Positions 40,969 through 51,995 of a stretch of DNA of 64,000 bases are shown here, piece by piece. The notes below the pieces were generated by a model. That model ran no database searches, was not told the origin of the DNA, and saw only the letters and a program-made list of their open reading frames with translations. The stretch is from Methanothermococcus sp. Ax23 (GTDB lineage: Archaea > AGJL01 > Methanococci > Methanococcales > Methanococcaceae), in assembly GCF_049075655.1 (NCBI RefSeq), contig NZ_CP157522.1:544001-608000 (forward strand), in the 5' to 3' direction. How positions within the stretch are numbered: position 1 is the first letter of the stretch; each line of letters opens with the position of its first letter. The position numbers and the translations under genes are program-made.

Positions 40969-41715
40969 TTAATTAATATTAACTATTTTACCATCTTTAA
41001 ACATTCCAACACTTTTTTGAGAATTTTCAGAGGTGCAGAATATTAAATCTTTATGATATCCTAAATTTTTCAAATTATTTGCAGAACTCCCATTAAATAT
41101 TAATGATTTCCAATCTGACTTAACCAGATTTAAAGCAGGGGTGAGCTCTTCACTATATATTTTATCGTCCATATTCTTTAAAACATATTTTGCAATCAAT
41201 CCAGCACCAATATAATCTTCAATGGCAAAACTACCTTTTCTATGGCATGGTATAATTAATATATCTTTTTCATTTTCTTTTGCTATTTTGTATGCTGCAT
41301 CTGCAACATATTTTGCATTTGTTATGGAACCTATCAATATGTTATCGGAGAGAATGCTTTTCAAAACTCTTGTCCCATTTGTAGTTGTCAATATGATACT
41401 TTTTCCATCAGTTGTTTGAGATATTATATTATCTCCATTTAGTTTTATTTCTAACGGCGAATTTCCAAAATCAAAATCTTCAATTTTCTTCCCGTTTCTC
41501 TCCCCTACCTTAATAAAATCTTTAAATGATTGTGCTTCAACATCTTCAATACTATCAGTTATATATATCTCATCGCACAATTCCAATAATGTTGTAATTG
41601 TCGTAGAAGCCCTAAGAACATCCACGACAATCACGCAGAAATCTTTAAAATCATAGGGCAAATTATGTTGTAATTGATGAGCTCCGTAAAAGTTATGAGA
41701 TATATGCACATTCAT
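40969..41715 (-). CDS. comB: 2-phosphosulfolactate phosphatase
   Basis: VDVLRASTT, GER.G, GNSP, TTTNGT and IEDYIGAG. Confidence 0.9.
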   Translation of the reverse strand: MNVHISHNFYGAHQLQHNLPYDFKDFCVIVVDVLRASTTITTLLELCDEIYITDSIEDVEAQSFKDFIKVGERNGKKIEDFDFGNSPLEIKLNGDNIISQTTDGKSIILTTTNGTRVLKSILSDNILIGSITNAKYVADAAYKIAKENEKDILIIPCHRKGSFAIEDYIGAGLIAKYVLKNMDDKIYSEELTPALNLVKSDWKSLIFNGSSANNLKNLGYHKDLIFCTSENSQKSVGMFKDGKIVNIN

Positions 41716-41739
41716 AATATCACCAAAATTATTAAGTTA

Positions 41740-41915
41740 GGTCATGCAATTGGTTTCAAATGTTTCAAAGTATATCATTTGATAATTAAACTAACCAATT
41801 GTTTTATAAGTTTCATCGTTGGTTTCGTTGCCGTCCCCAACTCGACTTAATAGATGTGACCCGCACCCTCCTATCCCTCCGTCTCTATTAAAGAGAGTTT
41901 GGGAATTGCTTACGA
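41740..41915 (-). ncRNA. TnpB omegaRNA scaffold
   Basis: GC-rich structured block downstream of tnpB (GGGATAGGAGGGTGCGGGTCACATC); loop GGTCA can pair with terminal TGACC. Confidence 0.65.
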
Positions 41916-41969
41916 AGTAAGAGAGCTACGAAAACCGCAGGTTTTTGTTTAATCGCTTACTAAATCTTA

Positions 41970-43160
41970 CTAAATATATACTTTTACAGGATGAGTTGGT
42001 AATTTACACAAATCTATCCCTTTAAAAGCATTATCAACCACTTTTCTCATAATATTGTAAGCACCATTAACATCAGCATTTACAACCCATCCTTTTAATG
42101 TTTTAAACAATCCTCTACAAAACCTCTTACCTGCGTATTCTTTCTTTTTGCCTATTTCTTCATTATCAAAGAATGAACATTTAGATGTGTAGCTTTCCTC
42201 TATTAGTACCACTTTAATACCAACCTCTTCTGCCTTATAAACAATTTTATCAATTAATGTCTTAAATGGTATTAAAGTGAAAGTTTGATTATTTTTCTTA
42301 CCTAAACTTACTTCCTGCTTCCAATCATCATTGTATCCAATGATGATTTTAGAAACTTTATTCTTAACGCAGTAATTAACTACAAATCTACTTGCCTTAT
42401 GTATCCAATCACTGACTTTAAAGTTTCTCTTGGTTATCACCTTTTTTAGTTTCTTACCTGATTTTATACCTTGTTTATCGTAAATAGATTTTAGGTTGGA
42501 AACAATTTTATTGAAAAACTGGTTAATAGATTTAATCCCTTTCCCATTGTCTTTAATGATAATCGGTTTATCACCAAAATTATTTGTCATTGTAATAATG
42601 TTTTTCATTCCTAAGTCGATGGATATTATTTTGTTATCATTTAGTTCCATAATTATAGGTTCTTTCTCGTAAATAATTTCTATTTTATAACCTCCTAATG
42701 TTGGTATTAATCTGACTTCCCTGATGTTAGTATCGTCGTTTAATCGTGTATCTACTGTTAAATTTATTTTCTTTGGAAATCTTAATTTTCCATCTTTTAT
42801 TTTACATTGTTGGTTTGTGAAAACCAACATAAAAATACCATCTTTTGGTTTAAAGGACGGTGGTTTTGGTTTTGCTTTAAACTTATTTGAATTGTTCCTG
42901 TATTTTTTTAAAGCTTTGAAATATGATTTCCAATTTCTACTGACTATTTTTAGTATCTGCTGTGCTGATTGTGTTGGTAGTTCTTTGTAGTTCTCACTGT
43001 CTTTTAGTAGTTTATTCAGGTCATTATATAATAGTAATTTATTTTCTTTTAGATGTTGTTTTATTAAGTATGTTGCTTGGTTGTATAGATTCTTTGATAT
43101 ATGGGAGTAATAGTTTAAGGTTGGATTTAGTGGAATATAGATTATTTCAGTTCTTTTCAT
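41970..43160 (-). CDS. tnpB: RNA-guided endonuclease TnpB (rearranged RuvC-II type)
   Basis: SIDLG (RuvC-I), IIIGYN at the canonical E position, EESYTSK, NADVNGAYNI (RuvC-III). Confidence 0.93.
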   Translation of the reverse strand: MKRTEIIYIPLNPTLNYYSHISKNLYNQATYLIKQHLKENKLLLYNDLNKLLKDSENYKELPTQSAQQILKIVSRNWKSYFKALKKYRNNSNKFKAKPKPPSFKPKDGIFMLVFTNQQCKIKDGKLRFPKKINLTVDTRLNDDTNIREVRLIPTLGGYKIEIIYEKEPIIMELNDNKIISIDLGMKNIITMTNNFGDKPIIIKDNGKGIKSINQFFNKIVSNLKSIYDKQGIKSGKKLKKVITKRNFKVSDWIHKASRFVVNYCVKNKVSKIIIGYNDDWKQEVSLGKKNNQTFTLIPFKTLIDKIVYKAEEVGIKVVLIEESYTSKCSFFDNEEIGKKKEYAGKRFCRGLFKTLKGWVVNADVNGAYNIMRKVVDNAFKGIDLCKLPTHPVKVYI

Positions 43161-43302
43161 TATATCAAATCTCCAATTTTATTATATAGTAGGATGGTTT
43201 AAATGATATATTATTATTTGACAATATTTGAAACATATGGTTTAAAAGTGTGGATGATATAATGTATATTTAATTTTATAAAAAAACATTATGTGGTAAA
43301 TT

Positions 43303-43959
43303 ATGATATTGGATGGATTGACTAGATTTAGTGGAATTTTTGAATTATTGGGAATTGTTTTTGTAATATTTATTTTCTTGGGATTATTGGTATTATTAAC
43401 TGCAATAGTTCTAAGCTATTTTCTTGTAAAGAAGGATAGGTTAATATTCCCTAGACTATTTTTATATATTATGGATAATTTCTACTCCATACTTTTAAAA
43501 ATATTCCTTTTAGTTGGAACGGAGGATACATTCTACAAAATTGGATTAGATTTCTACAATAAATACTACTACGACAAATTTAATGAAGCCAAAAATAAGG
43601 TTTTAATACTACCCCATTGTTTAAGGGATTTAAAATGTCCTGCAAAGTTGGGAGCCAATGGAATCCAATGTATATTTTGTGGTAAATGTCCCTTGGGCGA
43701 TATAATAAAAACTGCAAAAGAAAATAACTACGATGTATATATAGTTCCAGGCTCAACATTTTTAAAAAGGATATTAAAGGAAAAAAGACCTGATGGAGTA
43801 TTTGGAGTGGCTTGTTATAGCGATTCATTCCATGGTATGAACTACCTTTCGAGAAAAGGCATTGCAACACAAAGTCAGCCCTTATTAAAGGATGGCTGCA
43901 TATGCACATCTGTGGATGTTGAAGAATTATTGGAGCGATTGAGAGATAATAAAAAATAA
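43303..43959 (+). CDS. DUF116 family protein
   Basis: LPHCLR..KCPA, C..CGKC, VPGST and GVAC motifs. Confidence 0.88.
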   Translation: MILDGLTRFSGIFELLGIVFVIFIFLGLLVLLTAIVLSYFLVKKDRLIFPRLFLYIMDNFYSILLKIFLLVGTEDTFYKIGLDFYNKYYYDKFNEAKNKVLILPHCLRDLKCPAKLGANGIQCIFCGKCPLGDIIKTAKENNYDVYIVPGSTFLKRILKEKRPDGVFGVACYSDSFHGMNYLSRKGIATQSQPLLKDGCICTSVDVEELLERLRDNKK

Positions 43960-44120
43960 AATAAAACCTTTGTTTTGCTACTCACTTACGAAGTAGTGAA
44001 AACTAAAAAAATTAAAAACATATAAAAATATTAAATACCATTCTACATATATGTGCTTCTTATATCTATATTTAAAATAACAATAATTATTACAAATTTA
44101 ATTTATTGAATTTTTATTAA

Positions 44121-45143
<1,023 letters not shown>

Positions 45144-45225
45144 TCAAAAAAATAATTAATTTTTTAAGATATTTATTTTTTAATATTATTTTTTTTAAAT
45201 ATAAATATAAATTATTCTGGTTATT

Positions 45226-45678
45226 TTAGTTTCCCTGAGCTCTATCTAAAACAATATCAACAACCCTATCATCCGCACCCATAGGTTCTCTGTAAATTAT
45301 CTCCACATCTTCTGGGAGCTCTATTTTTTCAGTGTCGTGGTGATGATGATGGTGATGATGGTGGTGTTCGCATCCCTCCCCGTGTTCATGGTGATGTTCT
45401 GTTTCATCGTCCCCTTCATAGATTCCTAAAATTTTTGGAATATCTCTTTTTGTATGGTTTCCATGAGCCAAGAAAACAGGAACAACGATGATTTTTTTAG
45501 CACCTTTTTCAACAGCACTATTAATTGCCTGAGGTATTGTTGGTTCATTAAATTCCATCATGCCAACTTCTATAATAGGATATATGTTTTTTTCCCTTAT
45601 TTTTTCAGCAATCTCAGAAACTATTTCTTTTGAATATGGCAATCTACTTCCATGGCCTACTAAAACTAATGCTTCCAT
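45226..45678 (-). CDS. cfbA: Sirohydrochlorin nickel/cobalt chelatase (CbiXS)
   Basis: GHGSR, FLAHGNH and His-rich loop. Confidence 0.9.
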   Translation of the reverse strand: MEALVLVGHGSRLPYSKEIVSEIAEKIREKNIYPIIEVGMMEFNEPTIPQAINSAVEKGAKKIIVVPVFLAHGNHTKRDIPKILGIYEGDDETEHHHEHGEGCEHHHHHHHHHHDTEKIELPEDVEIIYREPMGADDRVVDIVLDRAQGN

Positions 45679-45753
45679 ATTATACCTCACTTTTATTTTG
45701 TAATACTTTTGTTATTGTTCTTCATAAACATATATATAGTTTTCGAATTTGAA

Positions 45754-46800
45754 GAGGTTGTCGAAAAATATTAAATTATCAATAACATATAATACATGTT
45801 ATGAAGGGGAATATAAAAAAGAAAATAGAAAAGAAAAAGACCAATCCTAAGACAAAAGGATACTGGAGAATATACGACCTTAGATATAAGAAATACGACC
45901 TAAGAACTACTTATACGTTGATTTTATCCATTACAAACATGCTGAATCGTCCTTCTACCGAAGGACGAAAGGTTGATAGGGTATCTGCCCTACCCTATAA
46001 TGAATATGTGGTAGTTCTAATATTAAAACATATCTACAAACTAAGTTTAAGGGATTTAGAGACACTCTCAAATACATTACATAACAAACATATTGACCAT
46101 TCCACATACGGTAAAGCATTTAAACGGATGGATAATGAGTTTCTATCCAATTTACTCACTTTTACATATACGATTATAGATAATCTACTAACTCAGCCCT
46201 CCAACAAACTATATATGGCAGACTCAACAGGAGTTTCCATAAATAGGTTATACTATGAGTGCATTCACGGAGGGAAACGTACTAAACGATTGGTGCATGA
46301 TAAATTGCATGTTCTAGCATCATACTATCCAGAACAAGGATATATTCCAATAATCTCCGCCCGTTGGGGCGGAGGTTATAGTTCCGATAGTGCCAACCTA
46401 TTGGAAATGGTTAAACAGATTGATTTTTTAGATAATGAATATCTACTGGCTGATGGAGGATATGATTGCTGTGAATTGTTTGAATATTTACTACAACACA
46501 ATATCACTCCAATAGTTAAAACAAAAGAATTCAAGTGGAAGTATCATATTAGCAAAGTTAGAAAAACCATTAAGAGCATGTTTAACAAGGATTGGTATCG
46601 CCTTCGGGGGATAGTAGAATTCATATTTGGAGGGCTGGAGACTAAAAACAGGTTAATATTAGATGACAGGTTGGCGGATAGCAGAGATGTAAAAGCACTA
46701 TTGCTACTGCGATAGTGCATAACGTATTAACACTAATGAGAGTATTAGTATTAACATATGATACTGAATAAAATTACAAATTCAATTATTCGACAACCTC
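45754..46800 (+). mobile_element. IS5-family insertion sequence, 1047 bp
   Basis: TIR GAGGTTGTCGAA(A/T)AAT (15/16); 9-bp TSD GAATTTGAA at 45745-45753 and 46801-46809. Confidence 0.93.
45801..46715 (+). CDS. DDE transposase (IS5-like), probably frameshifted near the C-terminus
   Basis: ADSTG, ADGGYD and R..VE..FG triad; AIVHN tail continues in the -1 frame to 46771. Confidence 0.85.
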   Translation: MKGNIKKKIEKKKTNPKTKGYWRIYDLRYKKYDLRTTYTLILSITNMLNRPSTEGRKVDRVSALPYNEYVVVLILKHIYKLSLRDLETLSNTLHNKHIDHSTYGKAFKRMDNEFLSNLLTFTYTIIDNLLTQPSNKLYMADSTGVSINRLYYECIHGGKRTKRLVHDKLHVLASYYPEQGYIPIISARWGGGYSSDSANLLEMVKQIDFLDNEYLLADGGYDCCELFEYLLQHNITPIVKTKEFKWKYHISKVRKTIKSMFNKDWYRLRGIVEFIFGGLETKNRLILDDRLADSRDVKALLLLR

Positions 46801-46867
46801 GAATTTGAATACTTATTAATAATATAACATTAAAGATAACTATAGAAACAAATATGGAGAATATTAG

Positions 46868-47108
46868 GTCAGCTACCAACGACTAAAGTCGTTGGCTTGC
46901 CCTTCCAACTCCCTCAATAATAAGGGCGGAGGACATTAGGCTGGCTGACGGACAGCCCTGTATTATTTACCAATAAAGCCCTTCCAACCGTATCCACTCT
47001 ACCGAGCTTCGTGCCTTAGGGCTTATTACAATTTATAGTTTATACAACATATAAATTTTTCGGCATTCCTCCAACGGCTAAAACCGTTGGCTTCCTGCCG
47101 AAGGAATC
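46868..47108 (-). mobile_element. Non-autonomous IS200/IS605 mini-element (PATE) carrying a TnpB-type omegaRNA
   Basis: Minus strand: target TCAC, left guide GAAG plus hairpin CCAACGGTTTTAGCCGTTGG; right guide CAAG, hairpin CCAACGACTTTAGTCGTTGG, terminal TGAC. Confidence 0.88.
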
Positions 47109-47132
47109 GTGAAATTATTATTGGGTGAAATT

Positions 47133-48257
47133 GTGGCAGTATCTTCCTTAACGGTAATACTTTTATTTGCACTAATCTGGACAATATTATATATATTATA
47201 CAATAAAAAACCAAATAATGACAATGTTGGGTTAAAAACATATTATGGAATATTTGGAATATTAAGAACCCCCTGGGGTCTGAAAACCATAGAAACACTG
47301 GGGAAATATAAAGTATGGCAGAAAATATCCATTTTATTAATTCCAATCTGCATAATTGTGAGTATTCTTACTTTTTACATGCTTATAAATTCTACGATTC
47401 AATTATTTAACGGAACTGTGCCAAAAGAAAGCTCAAAACCTGTTATATTTTTATTCGGAAATATGATACCATGGATTCCCGGAATTATAGCTCTTATAAT
47501 TGGAATTACATTTCATGAGATGGCACACGGTATTGTAGCACGGTCATTTAACTTGAATATAAAAAGCACAGGATTACTTCTTGCTTTGGGTATTCCTCTT
47601 GGTGCATTTGTTGAAATAGGGGATGAATTCAAAAACGCCAGTAAAAAAGTAAGGGGTGCTGTGGCATCAGCAGGACCAATAGCAAATATAATAATATTTT
47701 TTATGGTGCTTTTTATAACTCCCTATTTCTATGGGATTTCTACTCCATTAACCATTACAAATGTATTAGAAGATTATCCAGCTAGTGGAATACTTATGAA
47801 AGGGGATGTAATATATTCAATTGGCAAAAGAAGGATAAATTCATTGTCTGACTTCTACGATGCTGTGAAGGACATGAAACCAAATGAAAAAATAGCAGTA
47901 AGTGTTTTAAGGGATGGTCAATTGAAAACTGTGGAATTAATAACCTCAAATGATGGAAAAATAGGCATAAATGCAGAACCTTCAAAAAATTTGTTGTTTA
48001 TACTTCAAACGCTATATTGGACTAGCATGTTAAATTTAATGCTTGGATTCTTTAATCTATTACCTGCGTTGCCCTTGGATGGTTTTCATGTGTGGAATGC
48101 ACTCCCTGAGCTCATCCGAGATATAAAAAGAAACAGCAAAATAACCGAAAAGATTTCAAAATACCTGGAATACATAATAAATGAAAAAAATTTATCATCT
48201 ATAAGTTTAATGGTTTGGATGATTATATTTGCCTCCATGGCATATTCATTTGTATAA
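47133..48257 (+). CDS. Site-2 (M50) membrane metalloprotease with PDZ domain
   Basis: HEMAH, AGP and NLLPALPLDG; GTG 47133 follows GGTGA (47109 is an alternative start). Confidence 0.9.
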   Translation: MAVSSLTVILLFALIWTILYILYNKKPNNDNVGLKTYYGIFGILRTPWGLKTIETLGKYKVWQKISILLIPICIIVSILTFYMLINSTIQLFNGTVPKESSKPVIFLFGNMIPWIPGIIALIIGITFHEMAHGIVARSFNLNIKSTGLLLALGIPLGAFVEIGDEFKNASKKVRGAVASAGPIANIIIFFMVLFITPYFYGISTPLTITNVLEDYPASGILMKGDVIYSIGKRRINSLSDFYDAVKDMKPNEKIAVSVLRDGQLKTVELITSNDGKIGINAEPSKNLLFILQTLYWTSMLNLMLGFFNLLPALPLDGFHVWNALPELIRDIKRNSKITEKISKYLEYIINEKNLSSISLMVWMIIFASMAYSFV

Positions 48258-48307
48258 TTTTTTTATTTTATTTTATTTTTTTATTTAATTTTAAAGGCTG
48301 GTGAATT

Positions 48308-49165
48308 ATGATAACAATAGTGTGTGCAGAAGGCGGTTCAACGATATATTCATTAAAAAATGCCATAGAGAATTTAGGGGAAAAGTGTGAAATCCTACTA
48401 TTATCAGACAATAATTTAATGGTAGAAAGGAAGTTTAATATTGATACCGATTTAATCCATTCAAGATGTGGTATTGGGGATTATTTAGATAGATTAACCC
48501 TTTTTTCATGGCAGGTATTAAATGTTTTGGAATCAGAAGAACATAAATTCATCAACCCCCTTAAAACAATCTACAATTCGTCGGATAAATTCAAAACCAT
48601 TAAAATACTTTCAAAAAACAACATAAACACACCAAAAACGGCACTTGTAAGAGACTATGAAGATGCCAAAAGATTTATGGAAAAATATAATTTAAATTAT
48701 CCCATAATATTAAAAAATTCTTTCTCAAAATGTGGATTAAGTGTAAAAATGGCAAAATCTGACGAAGAATTAAAAAAATATACGGAAAATGCAATATGGG
48801 AAGGAACTATTGTCCAAGAATATGTTGATTTTGGGGAAAATGGAATATATAAAGACATTCGGGTTCTTGTGGTGGATGGGGAAGTAATTGGCGGATATAG
48901 AAGAGTTAGTAAAAATTTCATAACTAACTTACATCTTGGAAATGGCATCGAGCCATTAAAACTAAATGACGAAATTGAAGAGCTCGCATTAAAATGTGCG
49001 GAATCCATGAACGGATATATTATGGGTGTGGATATATTACCTTCAAAAAATGGATACTATGTAATTGAAACAAATACTGCACCAGGGACAAAAGGTTTCA
49101 GAGCTCTGGGTATAAATGCAGATGAAGAAATTGCAAAATGTTTAATAAATTATAAAAAGAGATAA
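48308..49165 (+). CDS. cofF: RimK-like ATP-grasp ligase, probably F420:alpha-L-glutamate ligase
   Basis: SDKFKT, VQEYV, DIRVLVV, GVDI and IETNTAPG; the HSRCGIG motif recalls methanococcal CofF. Confidence 0.7.
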   Translation: MITIVCAEGGSTIYSLKNAIENLGEKCEILLLSDNNLMVERKFNIDTDLIHSRCGIGDYLDRLTLFSWQVLNVLESEEHKFINPLKTIYNSSDKFKTIKILSKNNINTPKTALVRDYEDAKRFMEKYNLNYPIILKNSFSKCGLSVKMAKSDEELKKYTENAIWEGTIVQEYVDFGENGIYKDIRVLVVDGEVIGGYRRVSKNFITNLHLGNGIEPLKLNDEIEELALKCAESMNGYIMGVDILPSKNGYYVIETNTAPGTKGFRALGINADEEIAKCLINYKKR

Positions 49166-49227
49166 AACTAAAAGTTAAATAGATATTAAACGATAATATC
49201 CGTAATATCCGTAATTTGGGGGAAATT

Positions 49228-49956
49228 ATGATTGAAAATCTTATTTATAGTTTTATTTTTGTAATCGTGGCATTGGCTCTCTCTTTCAAAGAAAAATTGG
49301 GAACAGAAAAGGAAATACTCTTTGTTTCCATTTTGGCACTTATTCAGTTGTTTATTTTAGGGTATATACTTATCCATATTTTTACTTTGGGGATGGCTTT
49401 TGCATATTTGCTAATGTTAATAATGATTTTTGTTGCATCATATATCGTAAATAAGGAGGTTAAACTATCCAATAAAAAGAAGTTATTTTCCTGCTTATTT
49501 CTAACATATCTAACAACTGCAATTGTTTCCTTGTTGATTTTAATATTTTCAAATATCGTCCCATACGAACCTAGATATGTAATTCCACTTATGGGGATGG
49601 TAATAGGAAATTCAATGAACACTGTTCATTTAACATTGAATAAAATCATAGACATTATTAAATCAAATAGAAATGAATTATGGGGATACCTATCATTAGG
49701 TGCAACAGAGTTTCAGGCATTAAAGCCATTTATGAAAAACGCCATTAATTCAGCAATTATTCCCCAAATGAACAGAACAAAATCTGTGGGAATTATATTT
49801 ATTCCCGGAGCTATGACAGGTATGATTCTAAGCGGAGCTGACCCCATTTATGCCGCAGAGATTCAAATAGTAATCATGTGGATGATACTAAGCGGTGCGG
49901 TGATTTCCGGGCTACTGATATGTTATCTTATATATAAAGAGCTCGTTAAGGTGTAG
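49228..49956 (+). CDS. UPF0014/FetB-family permease
   Basis: [19 protein letters not shown] and [15 protein letters not shown]. Confidence 0.88.
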   Translation: MIENLIYSFIFVIVALALSFKEKLGTEKEILFVSILALIQLFILGYILIHIFTLGMAFAYLLMLIMIFVASYIVNKEVKLSNKKKLFSCLFLTYLTTAIVSLLILIFSNIVPYEPRYVIPLMGMVIGNSMNTVHLTLNKIIDIIKSNRNELWGYLSLGATEFQALKPFMKNAINSAIIPQMNRTKSVGIIFIPGAMTGMILSGADPIYAAEIQIVIMWMILSGAVISGLLICYLIYKELVKV

Positions 49957-49986
49957 AAATTAATAAATTATCTTTTTTTGTTTTTA

Positions 49987-51684
49987 TTATTCAATTTCCA
50001 TTTCAAACCCAACAACAGGATGTTCCAAATCAAAGTTTAATATAACTTCCGGGTGGAGCTCACCAAAATACCCTATTGCTTTTTCAGTATCTGCATTTAT
50101 TATCCTTGCACATCTTCCCCCTATAAATGATGGATGGTCGTAGTTTTCCAATTTATAATTTATATCCATCTCTCTTAAAAGACCTTCTGCATAGCTTTTC
50201 AACTCATTGAAGTTTGCATTTGGATGAATTATAGCAAATGCTACCTTTCCTACATTTTTACATTTTGTATATGAGCTCTCATCAGTTTCATCGATTACAA
50301 CACAGTCCCCCACTTCAAATATTTTCTGTGGGAGCTCATTGTGTTTATTAATATACAATGTTTCCAACAGCAAAGGTAGTATTGACGGTCTAACAACCCT
50401 GTGCTCTATTGATGCAGGTTTTAAAACTTCAACATATTCTTTATCATCTACATCAATCTTCATTTTTTTGAAAAGCACATCCTGATTTGATAATGTTAAA
50501 TTCATTACCTCAAAAAATCCAAATCCTACCATAACATCTCTTATAAAATCAAATTTCTTTTCCAGCGGATGTTTTTCCCCAATTGTGGCAACATTTGGGA
50601 ATTTCCCAGTGAATTTATCGTATCCATAATGTATTGCTACTTCCTCTGTGAAATCGACTTTATGGAGTATATCGACTCTATATGCTGGGATTTGGACAAT
50701 TATATTATTTTTTTCATAATTATATTCTGCATCCATTCTCGCCTTTCTTAAAGATGTTATTATTTCCCCAGGATTTAAATTTAATCCGAGTCTTTTATTT
50801 ATAAATTCTGGTGAGAGCTCTTCTACTTTTGGCGTTAAGTCTGGATAAATTATTGTATCCTTTTTATTTTTATTATTGCTATTAACCAACTTCACAGAAT
50901 ATATTGTTCCGCCCCTATCTGCAAATGCACTTACCAATATATTTAAGGTATTTTCTACCGCATTTTTATCCGTTCCTGTGATATCGATTAATAAATTTCT
51001 TGTTTCCGTTGTTACTTTTGTTAGATTCCCGTTTATTATCGGAGGCATTGAAAGAACATTTCCATCTTTATCAAGTATTATAGGATACCTGCCATCAGCA
51101 ATTAAATGAGCGTATTTTATACCTTTTTCATGTTTTTGAAGGATTTCTTCGGGCGTCATTTCTACATCATATCCCAAAGGTTCAAATTTCAATTCATCCC
51201 CTTTTATTTCCTTATAATAAAATGGGGGAGCTACTTTATCAAAGTCATGAATACCAATTGCTATCTTTTTTCTATCTCGTCCAATAGTCCAATGGAGCTT
51301 CTCTTGAAGATTTATTATACTTTCCAAAACCAAATCATCGACAATAACATTTTTTACAATTGCAAAGGCACAATATGGTCTAAGTCTCACATCTTCAACA
51401 AAAACTTCAACATCTGATTCATAAACATCATACTTTGGCATTCCTTTATCTATACCCATAAATCCCCTAAATCCTCTTGCAAGCCCTTCAACACTTAAAT
51501 AATCTGGTCTATCAGGGTTTATTGAAAACTGGATGATTTTTTCTTTTTTATCCTCTTTAATTTCTTCAAATATTTCTTCAACTTCAACCCCCATCATTGG
51601 GAATTTATCTTCAATAGTCTTATCGGATAAACTCACATTAACAAGATTTTCAAGGTCTCTTTTATTAACATTGATTGTTGGCAT
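49987..51684 (-). CDS. pheT: Phenylalanine--tRNA ligase beta subunit
   Basis: MPTIN, PDRPD, QEKLH, PPIING, YRVDILH..D..EE and GELHP. Confidence 0.96.
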   Translation of the reverse strand: MPTINVNKRDLENLVNVSLSDKTIEDKFPMMGVEVEEIFEEIKEDKKEKIIQFSINPDRPDYLSVEGLARGFRGFMGIDKGMPKYDVYESDVEVFVEDVRLRPYCAFAIVKNVIVDDLVLESIINLQEKLHWTIGRDRKKIAIGIHDFDKVAPPFYYKEIKGDELKFEPLGYDVEMTPEEILQKHEKGIKYAHLIADGRYPIILDKDGNVLSMPPIINGNLTKVTTETRNLLIDITGTDKNAVENTLNILVSAFADRGGTIYSVKLVNSNNKNKKDTIIYPDLTPKVEELSPEFINKRLGLNLNPGEIITSLRKARMDAEYNYEKNNIIVQIPAYRVDILHKVDFTEEVAIHYGYDKFTGKFPNVATIGEKHPLEKKFDFIRDVMVGFGFFEVMNLTLSNQDVLFKKMKIDVDDKEYVEVLKPASIEHRVVRPSILPLLLETLYINKHNELPQKIFEVGDCVVIDETDESSYTKCKNVGKVAFAIIHPNANFNELKSYAEGLLREMDINYKLENYDHPSFIGGRCARIINADTEKAIGYFGELHPEVILNFDLEHPVVGFEMEIE

Positions 51685-51822
51685 GTTTTCACCTTTTTTC
51701 TTTTTATGGGTGAAAACATTAGAAACCATGGGTTTCTTTTATGTTTTCACCATCTTTCTTTTTTTGGGGAAAATATATAAAATCCTGAAAGGATTTTAAG
51801 TATGTTTTTTCACCTTTTTTTC
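51682..51822 (-). promoter_or_regulatory. Repeated RBS/anti-RBS leader of pheT
   Basis: Three GGTGAAAA(AA)CAT copies alternate with two complementary copies and two palindromic caps. Confidence 0.6.
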
Positions 51823-51995
51823 TTTATCTTTTTTTATTTTTTTCTTTTTTCCGTCCCAACTATTGTAAAATAATAATATTAAATTAATTAAATTATACCA
51901 ATACCAAATTTTAAATTATATAAAATAACTTAAATGATATTATAATAGTATTAAAAATAACATAAATAGAAATAATATTTATATTTAGTGATAAT

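Larger units (their letters stand above)
41740..43240 (-). mobile_element. Solo-tnpB element, IS607-like; ends approximate
   Basis: tnpB without tnpA; TTTGAAACAT and AAATGATATA motifs in inverted orientation at both ends; GG dinucleotides at 41740 and 43239. Confidence 0.55.

Noticed and set aside
45337-45396. CAT/CAC repeat tract
   Set aside because: It is the known His-rich loop of CfbA/CbiXS.
46868-46960. HEARO/IscB omegaRNA on the + strand
   Set aside because: The GTCAGCTACC start is similar, but end polarity, promoter direction and the TnpB-type core point to a minus-strand TnpB RNA; there is no iscB.
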